NCBI RefSeq assembly: GCF_964204645.1
Contig: NC_134028.1
Coordinates: 15,135,653 to 15,199,652 of the forward strand
Direction of reading: 5' to 3'
Source: Tubulanus polymorphus
Lineage: Eukaryota; Animalia; Nemertea
Length of the DNA: 64,000 nucleotides
Part shown: positions 24,266 to 35,800 of the stretch, piece by piece
Numbering within the stretch: the stretch's first letter is position 1
How the letters are laid out: every line of letters starts with the position of its first letter
Notes under the pieces: model-generated
Database searches by the model: none
Seen by the model: the letters and a program-made list of their open reading frames with translations, nothing else
Told to the model about the DNA's origin: nothing
Position numbers and translations under genes: made by a program

Positions 24266-24879
24266 ATGAATAAAGATTTATTCATATTCGAACCGCATAA
24301 TATGTTAATAACTGGAGAAACCAATTGTGGTAAAACACATTTCATATTAGATTTGTTAGAAACTATTTATAAGAATCATTTTGATAACATAATATTATTC
24401 TGTCCTACTTATGAAATGAATAAAACATATAATAGAGATATAGTTAAGATGAAAAAGTTTATTATTTATTAGATCCTAAAACAGTAAAAGAAAATTTAGA
24501 TAATTGTATAAAAATAGCAATTGATACTTATAAAGGATCAAATACATAATTCATTATAGATGATTGCGCTAATTTACATGATTCAAAAGTGAGAGAAAGT
24601 GAGTTATGTTATCTAGCTTTCTCTGGGAGACATTTTGGGATAACAACATGGGTTTTAAATCAAAAATATAATTCAATTGTTAAAGACTTTAGGGAGAATA
24701 TAAGATTTCTAGTTTTATTTTATAACAAAGATAAAAAATCTATGCAACAATCATTGGAGGAAAATCAAATTATACCTACTGAATTACATGATGAATATAT
24801 GAATAAATTAAAGAATAATAAAGGTTCAAAATTATTACTGAGATTACAATTTCCCTATGAATATAAGTTTATAAAATAA
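24266..24879 (+). pseudogene. A32/FtsK-HerA-type DNA packaging ATPase
   Basis: Walker A GETNCGKT, Walker B FIIDD, and SGRHFGITTWVLNQ; broken by stops. Confidence 0.92.
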
Positions 24880-25235
24880 CTATTTATATATCTATCTATC
24901 TAATACGTATTAAATACGTATTAGATACGTATTAAATACATTAATACTTAAAACCCCATTTTTAAAATAAATATTATTCATATAATTTTCAACCAATTTA
25001 TTTTTATTTTTTTTCAACTAATATATGAATAAGTTTGAAAATAATAAAGGTTATTTATTATTACTGAGGTTTCAATATAAATTTAAAAAAGAAATATAAT
25101 TTACGGTATTTTAAATAATATGTATTAAATACGTATTATATACGTATTAGATATGTATTAAATACGTATTAGATACCTTAATACTTAAAACCCCCTTTTT
25201 TATTTACTATTATTTTATACAATTTTCAACCTTTA

Positions 25236-26123
25236 TTACTTTTTGAGTGTTAGATAATTACTTTCTGAATCACTTTCATCATCACTCTCCAATTCATCAT
25301 CAGACCCTAACAATTTATTCAAATGCTGTACCGTATCTTCATAAATAATTGGTTTATTGATATACTTATTAGTCATCTCAACTATATCTTTATTTTCTGA
25401 TTTAAGTTTCATAGAATCTTTTTTATCAATGCGCTTTCCTGTAACTATATCTTCATTATTATCTTTATTAGTGTTTGCTCCTAATATTTAATTTACAATG
25501 TTTGATTCTAATTTAATAGCATCGGTTAAATCTAATTCATCTGTATTAGGTGTTGCTAATAATAAATCTTCATATAATTCTTTACCATTTACATTTGATT
25601 TGAAACAAACTTTGTAACATATCTAAATGGGTGTTCTATAAATTCTTTTTTACCAACACGATCTATAACATTAGTAATATGTACCTTTGTATTAATATGA
25701 TTATTCCAATTTGATGGAGCGTTTGAAAATTCACCTTTACAATATCCACAATAATTTCTATTTTCACTAACATTTAATATTATTGCATTATTAAATGTAG
25801 AAGGTATTACATCATTAGATGTAGAAGGTATTACATTATTAGATGTAGTAGGTATTACATTATTAGATGTAGAAGGTATTACATTATTAGATGTAGAAGG
25901 TATTACATTACTAGATGTAGAAGGTATTACATTATTATCAATTACATTACTTAAATTATCAACAACACCACTTTTATTATTATCGATTTCTATTAGTTTT
26001 ATAAATTTTGAAAATAGGATCAAATATCAAAGCTATATTACAAGGTATTACATAACATAAATCATCATTATTTTCATGTGTATCGATGTATGGAATATGT
26101 TTATATACTTTACCTCCTTCCAT
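25236..26123 (-). pseudogene. Hypothetical protein with (NNVIPSTS)n repeats and a C2H2-like finger
   Basis: 24-bp coding repeats at ~25790..25945; CGYC...HINTKVH; TAAATG start at 26123. Confidence 0.55.
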
Positions 26124-26155
26124 TTATTATATAAATTTTTATTAAAGTTAAAATT

Positions 26156-27350
26156 TTAATACATAACACTATTCAATTGAGAATTTACAGTATTTTATTG
26201 CGCGTCAGATATAATATAAATGTGCATTTTGAAATTTTTGATTCCTTTATTCTTTGTCATGAATAATTGTATTCCATCTTTAGTGTTCTGTAATTTTTTT
26301 CCAGAACCATGTAATGAATTATCCTCTGTTGTTCTAAAATCTAACCATAATGCATATTTATTACCGGTATAATAATCAATTTGATTAATGTTACAATTTT
26401 CAGATGATTTTACTTTTTCATTCATAAAATGTTTTCTAATTTCTGGCAATTGATCAATCATTCTCATTCCTTGACAAAATATTTTATTTGCTATTCCTTC
26501 GATAGTTATTACTACTTTTGTTATTTCAGGATTATAATAATTATCAACATTTATTGCGCCATTAGTATATGTTGCAATGGTAAAAAATATTAATATACCT
26601 TTTATAGATCTTCTTGGGAAGTTAATATTCTCATTAATAATTTAATCATTTGCATTAATAGTTACGGTTTTAAATATATCAATATAATCATATAATAATG
26701 AAAATCCTTGATTGTATTTAGTTTGAATTATACTTGAAATATTTTCATCAGTTACTGTATCATATTCTAAACATATATTCGATAATTTATAACTCATATC
26801 TTTATTAACGCTAGATATTACAATTTCATTTACAGGAGCAAATGTTATTTCGAATATAACGTCTTCTTGAATTGCGTATTTATATAAAGGTGCATTGTTA
26901 TTTATCAATTCAAAGTCTAATGGAATTTTATATTTGCTTCCATATATACTTTTTATCAATTTATCTACAGCATTAGTTAATATTGCATTATGTGCTTCTG
27001 ATCTTAATTTATTTTGGTTTTCTGATTGGATGCCTTGAAATATCATATTATTTCTATTTTCTTTAGTTAACCATAAATCTTTATAATGCATAAATAAATT
27101 ATAATCATCTAATGAGAACATTATCAACAACATAATTATTATTATTACCGATTACTTTTATATCGGCTGATGAATAAATACTATTTGGAACATAAAAAGT
27201 ATTTTGTGTTAATCGAGGAATTCTAACATATAAAGTTTCATCGGGATTAATATTAGAAGGGTTATGAGTAATTATATGATGTGATCTTTCTGCTTTAATA
27301 GCATTAGATATTCTATGATTCTTAGAAGGATTGATATAACTTCCACTCAT
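26156..27350 (-). pseudogene. Major capsid protein (double jelly-roll, hexon-like), fragmented
   Basis: About 400 codons reconstructed from 27105..27350, 26642..27133 and 26195..26467. Beta-rich motifs (NPSNINPDETLYVRIP, YKIPLDF, ICLEYD), size and context fit a Polinton MCP. Confidence 0.7.
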
Positions 27351-27370
27351 TTATTTAACAAAAAAATTAA

Positions 27371-28822
27371 TTATATATTTTTTATCATGTTTACTAGCCC
27401 AAAAATAATAGCACTTACAACTGTAATTAAAAATAAAATAATATGTTCAGCAGCAAAGCTAATAATGTTTCCTGCAGATTTCAATATAAAACCAACAATT
27501 GATGCAATAACTCCTGGTAAAGCTGCGGCAGATTTTTTAGATAGTTCCCATAAATATTTTGCTAATTTCTTTAAACCATCCTTAACTTTATCTTGTATAG
27601 AATTATTACCATTCGGGGGTTTATCCGGTTTATTGGGAGTAGGAGTAGATTTCAGTGAATTTGATATAGCTAAACCTATTGTTGTAAATACCATAGTTAC
27701 TGCTGTTAGAATTGAAAGAATTGTGATTCCTTCAAACTTAAATAATAATTTTATTCTATCTTTCAATGATATTTCAGAATTTGGTTTAATTATTAAATCT
27801 TTAACAACAACTTTTAATCTATTTATACAATAATCATATGATTTGTTTAATAATTTAATTTCTTCTTTCTGAAATTCTCTGTTATATTCTAAATTATCAA
27901 TTTCTTCTTCTAAATATGCATTTCTTTTTTTAAATTCAATTTCTTCAATAACTTTATTATCTCTATCTAATTTTAATTGTTCTGATTCTTTTCTTGATTT
28001 AAATAATTCATCTTCTAAAGTTCTAGTTTTAAAATCTCTTATACTTTTATCATGCGCAAATTTATCAGCTTTATTTTGTATACTAATGATTTCTCTAATT
28101 GCTTTATCAGAAAATATATTTAAATCTTCTAATTCTTGTTTTGTTGCATCAAGTAATCCATTTGGTAAAAGTTTTTCAGTTTGAACTCCTCTTGAATTAG
28201 GTTTACTAGTTTTGGAAGTTATATTCTGTTCAGAAGTTGTTTCTGTTTCTAAATTATTATCGATTGTTTCAAATAATTCATTAATTCTTTGTTTAAATAC
28301 TCTTTCATTTTTAATAATTTCTTCTTGTGTTACATCTTCTATTTCATTACTATTTCTTATTCTTTTAATTCTTGATAGGTCTAACTTAAGCAAAGTTGAT
28401 TCTGCTAATATTTTTTCTTGTTTTTTATAAGAGATATCAATATAATAATCATCTTTCAAACGATAATAATATTCACCATCTAAAAACTTTAATTCTTGTA
28501 CTAAAAGTCTAGCGCCTCTGGCATTTATATTATATCCAGATTTTTCAAATATAGGTTTGAAATTATAAATATATTCATTATATTCTAAATTTTGTTTTAC
28601 TAAATCTGGATTTTCATTTTCAGGATTTATTCTCGATCTAGTTCTTCTATCAAATTCATCTGTTGATGGGCCTTTAGAACCACTATCTGCTAAATTAGAA
28701 TTATATGCTGATTCATCATCATTATCAATATTAGTTTCTGCATCATTATAATCATCATCAATATATCCCTCATTATTATTTCCCATTTCTCCCAATGGAA
28801 TATCTTCTCCATCTTCTGCCAT
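27371..28822 (-). CDS. 483-aa acidic/coiled-coil protein with C-terminal transmembrane segments
   Basis: Intact ORF; long heptad-rich middle; hydrophobic ITILSILTAVTMVFTTIGLAI and IILFLITVVSAIIFGLV. Confidence 0.75.
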   Translation of the reverse strand: MAEDGEDIPLGEMGNNNEGYIDDDYNDAETNIDNDDESAYNSNLADSGSKGPSTDEFDRRTRSRINPENENPDLVKQNLEYNEYIYNFKPIFEKSGYNINARGARLLVQELKFLDGEYYYRLKDDYYIDISYKKQEKILAESTLLKLDLSRIKRIRNSNEIEDVTQEEIIKNERVFKQRINELFETIDNNLETETTSEQNITSKTSKPNSRGVQTEKLLPNGLLDATKQELEDLNIFSDKAIREIISIQNKADKFAHDKSIRDFKTRTLEDELFKSRKESEQLKLDRDNKVIEEIEFKKRNAYLEEEIDNLEYNREFQKEEIKLLNKSYDYCINRLKVVVKDLIIKPNSEISLKDRIKLLFKFEGITILSILTAVTMVFTTIGLAISNSLKSTPTPNKPDKPPNGNNSIQDKVKDGLKKLAKYLWELSKKSAAALPGVIASIVGFILKSAGNIISFAAEHIILFLITVVSAIIFGLVNMIKNI

Positions 28823-28838
28823 TTACATAATAAAAAAA

Positions 28839-30165
28839 TCAAAATTTAAAATATAATATTCCTCCGATTACAATTCCTATACAAGTTATAGCTAATTTAG
28901 TATTTTCATGGGATTTATTATCATCATTTAGTTTAATTATATCATGTTGAATAATATCAGTTTTTATATTTTCTGATGTATTGTAATCTTTTATTTTAGA
29001 ATCATTATGCAATTTAATATTTTTAGTTTTAGTTTCTGTTGATTGAATGTGTTTTTTATTTTTTTCACCTTCCATTAATTTTGGAGCAGTAATAATCTTT
29101 TTATTTATATCATTTAATCCAAATGAATTATTTATTGTTGCAGTTTTAATTAGATTATTGTAACCAATTATATTTCCCATCTTTAATACTAAATCATTAG
29201 AAATAATTAATAGATTAGGGCCTATACAATAATTTAATCTAATATGTGATTTATCTAAATAATTTTGATGTCTTACAATGTTTTCTGGAATCGATCTATT
29301 TTTATCATTATGAATGGAATCTTCAAATAATACTTTAAACTGTTTCTGCGCATCGAATGAAGTGTTATCATTTCCAATTATTGGGGATCTTGTTTCAACT
29401 TGCGCACCTAAAATACATATCAAATAAGTTCTAATAGATTGATTTATTCTTTGTATACCAGCTTTAGTAAAACCTCCACTATTTTCTAAAATGAAATTAA
29501 CCCAACCATTATTGTTTTGTTGTTGTATATTATTATAATATTTTGGTAATTCATTCCAATTTAGTGTTCTTATATCTGAATTTGTCATTATTTTTCCAAA
29601 TTCTTTAGTATATAATATTCCTAATCCACCCATTGTTCCAATTTTTGCTCTAAAATCTTTATTTGAATTAATATTAAATTCATTACATATTTTATAAAAC
29701 TTAGAAAAATTAAAATTATTATTCAATTCTTTTAAAATATTTTGAACCTGGTAAAGGACATTCTAATTCATCTAATATTAATTTTATTTGAAAATATGTA
29801 TGAAATCTAAAAAGTGATAACATCAATGGTAAACTTGGTTTGTTTAAATGATCATTCCAACTAATTCCGCATCCTGTTGTTGCGCAATAAACTGCAAAAT
29901 TTAATTGGTTCTGCCAATACTTCATATTAGATTTTAATAACCATTGTTTTGCCTCATTTAAATTTTTGAAATTAATTGTATACACATGAAATATATTTTC
30001 CATCTTTACATGAAAATTATTACTTTCAGTAACATAAATATATAAATCAATTAATGAATTTAAAACTTCATTTCTATATGTTATATCTTTATTAAAATCT
30101 ATTGCTGGAATATTATATTTAATTGATTTATTATATTGGAAAGCTTTTGGAAAACTATCTGCCAT
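28839..30165 (-). pseudogene. Conserved Polinton protein with a C-terminal membrane anchor (probably one frameshifted gene)
   Basis: Overlapping ORFs 29719..30165 (WQNQLNFAVYCATTGCG) and 28839..29726 (ends LAITCIGIVIGGILYFKF); only the upstream ORF has a TAAATG start. Confidence 0.65.
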
Positions 30166-30189
30166 TTATATAACTAAAAAATTAATAAT

Positions 30190-30608
30190 TAACTAATTCT
30201 TTTAATAATTTATCTTGTTCTTCAACTGTTATATGGCCATTTAAACTTATTATATAATCTAGTGTATTATTTTAATTTATTAATTTCTTTTATATTAGTG
30301 TTAATTTTTTCTTTATTACTTTTTATATTTAATTTTGAACTTATACCGGTTAAAACACTTGAACTTAATCCTAATACGCCAATTCATATAGCTAAAGGTG
30401 TTAATGGGCTGAATATTGCTAGAAATGTTATTACAGAACTAATTGTAACCGAACCACTTATAATCAAATCGTATATAATTTTACTTTTTAAATATTTTTT
30501 CTTTTTAACTTTTAAATCATTTTCAAATTCTAATATTTGTTTTTCTAAATATGTTTTTAATTTAGTTTTATTTATATCATGAGGAATAATATCAATATTA
30601 TCATCAAT
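30190..30608 (-). pseudogene. Coiled-coil / two-TM / coiled-coil small membrane protein (SLATT-like topology)
   Basis: The minus frame reads ..LIISGSVTISSVITFLAIFSPLTPLAI*IGVLGLSSSVLTGIS..; the start context is mutated to TAAATTG. Confidence 0.5.
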
Positions 30609-30628
30609 TTATTTAGCAAAAAAAATTA

Positions 30629-31051
30629 CTAATTAGTAAACTTATAAGCAACAAATATAACAATAACTCTTCCACCTAAAATCCATATTATTTCATATTT
30701 CTGTTGTTCATTACTTGGGGTATAATAATCTGATATTGTAGGTTTATGTAGAGATAATTTTTCTTTATTGGTTACCGCGTTATATAAACTCATTGCATCA
30801 TCAACTGATTGAAAATCTCTATGTGAAATCTTCTGATCATATAATTCCTTGTTAAAATAATCCATATAGTTTTGTCTCTTTTCTCTATATTCTTCAGCTG
30901 CTTTATTATATTTCTCTAATGCTAAGTTATGTCTTTTTTGTTCTGTTAATGAACCATTTTTATCAATATGCTTGAATAAATAACCACCACCAGTAAATGC
31001 TAAAGCGTTAACAATTGCCGATCCTACAATAGTTATAACTGCAGAAGCCAT
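30629..31051 (-). CDS. 140-aa protein with hydrophobic N- and C-terminal segments (putative virion membrane protein)
   Basis: MASAVITIVGSAIVNALAFTGGGYLF, a helical middle, and IIWILGGRVIVIFVAY. Confidence 0.7.
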   Translation of the reverse strand: MASAVITIVGSAIVNALAFTGGGYLFKHIDKNGSLTEQKRHNLALEKYNKAAEEYREKRQNYMDYFNKELYDQKISHRDFQSVDDAMSLYNAVTNKEKLSLHKPTISDYYTPSNEQQKYEIIWILGGRVIVIFVAYKFTN

Positions 31052-31066
31052 TTATTTAGCAAAAAA

Positions 31067-31297
31067 TTATGCATTTATATGGGAGGAATATATTTTTGTT
31101 TTTCCAAATAATCAATAGTTAAATTAGATAAAGTAACTGCTAATGTTAATTTTAAAATATCATTTATATCAAATCTATCAACATTAACACTTCCCATTTT
31201 AAATACTTTTTTTTAATACCATTGAATAACCAACAGTTCCAACTGATAGTAATGCTCCATTATATAATCCAGTTGTTATCCACTTATTATCACTCAT
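31067..31297 (-). pseudogene. Small hydrophobic Polinton protein
   Basis: TAAATG start; MSDNKWITTGLYNGALLSVGTVGYSMVL; appears frameshifted. Confidence 0.45.
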
Positions 31298-31313
31298 TTA
31301 TTTATCAAAAAAA

Positions 31314-31635
31314 TTACTATCATCAAAATATTTAGTTATCTTAGTGATGATTAAATCAACATTTATTTCATTACTACTTTTATGATTATCATATATTTCA
31401 ATTATTATTTTTTAAATATCATCGATGATAAAATCTTCATCTAATTCATAAAATCTTAAAGATTCTCTAATTAAATTAGTTCTTTATCTATTGTTGTTTC
31501 ATACTCAAATGTTGTTTCATTAGAAAATGTAATATTTTTGATATGTGTAATTACATCAGTAATGTTAAATTTCATTTCTTTCTCATGTTTAAAATCAAAC
31601 CCAAAACATATACTCGGTCCAACAGTTATATTCAT
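31314..31635 (-). pseudogene. Small hypothetical Polinton protein
   Basis: TAAATG start MNITVGPSICFGFDF; fills the gap between neighbouring genes; frameshifted. Confidence 0.4.
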
Positions 31636-31651
31636 TTATATAGTGAAAAAA

Positions 31652-32408
31652 TTACTCTTTACATCTTATAACTAATTCATATATCACAGGAAAGTTATTC
31701 AAATCAATTAAATAACCATTATGATTTCTTATTTCTAATTTAAAATTATTGAAATGTGGAATACAAGGTTTGAAATGACATTCAGTTAAATTATAATTTA
31801 TTTGAGTTCCAAATTGTTTAACATTTTTTAGCGGTAAAATATTTAGTAAACTAGAACTATAAATTGTTTCTTTAGTTGCTTCGAAAGTTTTTGTAGGCTT
31901 GATTAAATTGCAATAAATATAAAAGTGTGTAAAAGGTATTATATTTGAGCTGCCTTCTGCGTTTCCAGTAACTGTAAGAGGTTTAATTCCTAACATTTTA
32001 GCCAGTGGTTTGTTTACCATAAATTTATGTTGTTCATTAGATATCTTCATTCTTATTTTATTAGTACTATCAATTTTATTAAATTTAATTTCAAATACAG
32101 AAGTGCCCCCGATTTTCAACCGAGCTCTTCTATTAATTTCCTGCGCTAATGATTCTAAATTATATAATCCTGGTTTTAAAAATATATGAAACCATTTATC
32201 TTTATTTCTCATATAAATCATAAACCCTCTATGTTCAAAAGTTTTATCTGATATATTATAAAAAGAATTTACATAAACTTATATTTACTAATTTTAAATC
32301 AACACAATTCTTGAATTCTCTATCTAATTGTACTAGTAAATTATGAGATTTATAATTTGTAAGTTTTCTTGAATCAACAAATATTCTGTATTCTTTTAAT
32401 TCCACCAT
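31652..32408 (-). pseudogene. Minor capsid protein (penton-like), copy 2, frameshift near 32268
   Basis: The C-terminal FYIYCNLI..LLNILP..LEIRNHNGYLIDLNNFPVIYEL pattern is typical of Polinton minor capsid proteins. Confidence 0.75.
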
Positions 32409-32425
32409 TTATTTTACATATTTTC

Positions 32426-32779
32426 TTATTCGAAATCTATTTCATGGTGCCCTTTTTCATTCTTACCTTTGTATACGAAATAGAAATCTCCAGAACATAA
32501 TTCTTCTAAATCTTCACTTGATAATCTATAAAATCTATCCGGTAAATATGTTCTGAATTTATGTGTATTTCCTTTTAATCCTTCATATTCTAAGTGTATA
32601 ACTAATTTATCTCCATAGTTATTAGTAACTGTAACAATATTTGTAATTAGATATTTCTTATGGATTGTTAATTCTGTTAACTTTTTGAATTTTTAATCTA
32701 CAGATTTTACATTTGTAGTATCTTTTATTCTATCTAGAAATGATTTGTTGTTCTCACTGTGTGTTTGTTTACTCTCCAT
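32426..32779 (-). pseudogene. Paralog of the 117-aa protein, in-frame stop
   Basis: Near-identical to 682..1035. Confidence 0.8.
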
Positions 32780-32808
32780 TTATAATACATATTTTTATTA
32801 AAATTTGA

Positions 32809-35800
32809 TTAACACGTTAGAATTCTTTTCATTATCTCGTTCTCTTTTGTTTCTTCTCTTTTAAATTTTAAGTATTCATCTAAATTACAACCATAAGCAA
32901 CTGTATGAATTCCATCATCTAAAATATATCTTTTATCATCAAATGGGTTTAGACTTATCTTTTCAATTTCTTCAATAAACATTTCATGATCTTCAGATCT
33001 TAAACATCTCATCTTATGTTTTCTAACTTCTTCATTGAATATACAATTGATGTAATCTTTGAAATGAATATTCTTTTCTACTACACTTTTGGTTATTCCT
33101 TTTAACTTTTTAGCTTCATGTTCTTTAGTTTTATATGAATACATTTTAGATCTAATACCTATGAATTCAATCATTTCTTCACCACCTAATTCATCTTTGA
33201 ATTTACCGGGAACTTTTTTATTATCATTGCTAAACAATTCATGATCTTTAGGATAATTACTGAAATCAAAATGATGTTTTAATGTTTTTAAATCATCAGT
33301 TATGTTATCAGTTTTTATCTTTAATATGTAAGAATCTGTATCAAAATATAATATTTCTATATGTTTTTCTCCAAAAAGTGGTTGTAATACATTATAATAG
33401 AATTCATACATTAGTAATTTTGATAATTCTAAAACTGAAGCGCCAACATAGATTGGTTTATTAAATTTCATTGATGTTCTTCTCATCTTAACTGCAGCTA
33501 AATTTTCATCAAATATTCTGTTACCAATGAACTTAGGATATGATTGTAAATGTCTAATTCTTTTGCCATTACTTACTAACTCAATATCATTTCTATTTCT
33601 AATATTTTCACAAGTCTTACCATAGAATGCATTATTCATTAACTTGAAGAAATCTTTCTCGAAATCAGTTTTAGCTTCAGTTCTCTGTTTGGTGTTATAA
33701 TCTATATATTTTTCTAACCACTTAGATTGACTAAATGAAATATATCTATGTACTTTTTTTAGAATCATTCCTTGTTTTAGATAAAACTTTAACATTCTAT
33801 AATGTACTACATAATTATATTTATCTTCTTGAGTTACCATTAACTTTTCTGTATGAATATGATTTTCGGGTTTAATTCTTTTTTGATAATTTGATAATTC
33901 TTCATGAGTTACAGTTTTATGTTCGGGACAGTATGCTAGATTTCTAGATTTAAATTTAATATGTTCAGGATATTCTAAATCTACAACAAAGAAGTAACCA
34001 GTATCTGAATCATCTGCAATATCTAGAATTCTTTTCTTCCAATCAAATTTATCATTATTTTCATTCTGTAAAACTTCAGTTAATTCAAATACTCCATAAG
34101 GTTGTGGTTCCATCATTGCCCAACCATACAAATTGTTTGCATCTATATATAATAACTTATATCCAGGATTATCATTTACATTGAAATATCTATCACCTAA
34201 TACACCTGAAACTCCTCCTCTTATAGATTTTTCAAACAATAGTAATTGATCTATATTTGTTAACGAATCCATTTTTATATCTGTAAATTTTAATCCACAA
34301 TCCCATGTTAAACCTGGACTTGAATAACAATGACAAGGATCAATATTGAAATATTTTAGGTTTACATCTCTAAACCTTTCGAATATATCGGTTAATAATA
34401 ATACATCTGATTTTAGATATGAATCTACTAATTGTCCATGATTTTCTATTTTGAAACACCAAATATTCAATGTTCTATTATATACTTCATCTTTAACATA
34501 TTCATTTTTTAATTCATCATAGAATTGTTCTTTCAATAATTCAGTTATGTTAAAATCATTATGATTTTTATAGAAAGAATATGGAATTGCTCCTGTATAT
34601 CTCATTAATTGGAAATCATCATTATTTGGGTAGTGTTGTTTTAATATTTTCAATTCATCATCAACTAATGATTTTGATAAGTTATCTAATGAACTATTTA
34701 AAAATCTATATGAATCTATAAATCTTAGGCAACCAAATGGGAATGATATATAATTCTCTGATGTTTTAGCTAACATTCTAGATTTATAAGTTGGTATTTT
34801 ATCCTTTGATCTATTTGAATTTAATCTTTCTATTTCATTATTGATTTCTTCTATCTTATGACATAACTGTTTGATGAATAAATGTGCATCATATCCTGAT
34901 AGATTATGAAATATAACTGGTACAAAGTTAATTTTCTTAGCTTGTAAGTTACAATTCTCATGTGCAGTGCCTCTAAACTTTCCATTCAAATGATCATGGT
35001 CTCTTACTTTTTTATCTTTATAATTAAATATCTTTTCACAATAATAACATTTATCTGCAAACTCAAATGCTTCTTTATCTTCTTCTGTCATTATAATTTC
35101 TATATTTGTATTCAATAATTTACTAAATCTTATTTCATATTCAATTAATAAGTCACAAAAATGATTGATAACATTTTCATTTCTGTAATGATAATATTCA
35201 CTTTCAATTAGTTCTGGATAATCAGATTTAATATATAACCCGAAAGCAGCAGCTGATTGATGAATCTTTTTAATAGTATTTGTTATTGGTGGTTCTTCTG
35301 AATAATCATTTTCATTAGAATTTAATTTCTTTCTCTTATAATATATTTCTTTTCTATCTTGATCAGTTAGTTCTTTATTTAATGATTCAAAATCTCCATA
35401 TATTACAAATGGTACTTTATTTTTGTAATCATATTTTTTGAATTCTAATATTTTATCCTTTTCATTTGGTAAAACTAATTTACAATAATCATGATTTTCA
35501 CATAATTGTTTATGATTTAATAATGTACTTTCATTACTAAATTTATGTAAACATTTTCTACATAGATATATTTCATGGTGGTCATTTTCTGATTTAAAAA
35601 ATAAATCGATTTGTTTAATCCACATATAATGATCGGTTCCTGAACTTCGCTGAAAAAGCTGAAACACTGAAAAGCTGAAACGCTGAAATAAAAACGCTGA
35701 AATTTCAGGGAATTTCCGAAAAACGCCGAAATTTCAGGGAATTCCCGAAAAACGCTGAAATCGTGCTAGGTACCGACAATACACGTTTTGAAATGTTTTC

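Noticed and set aside
27315-30582. Plus-strand ORFs 27315..27833, 28212..28430 and 30262..30582
   Set aside because: They are antisense to minus-strand Polinton genes that have proper TAAATG-type starts.
35634-35667. Start of the 952-aa PolB ORF (MFQLFQRSSGTD)
   Set aside because: These residues come from the inserted TIR; the real gene continues beyond 38024.
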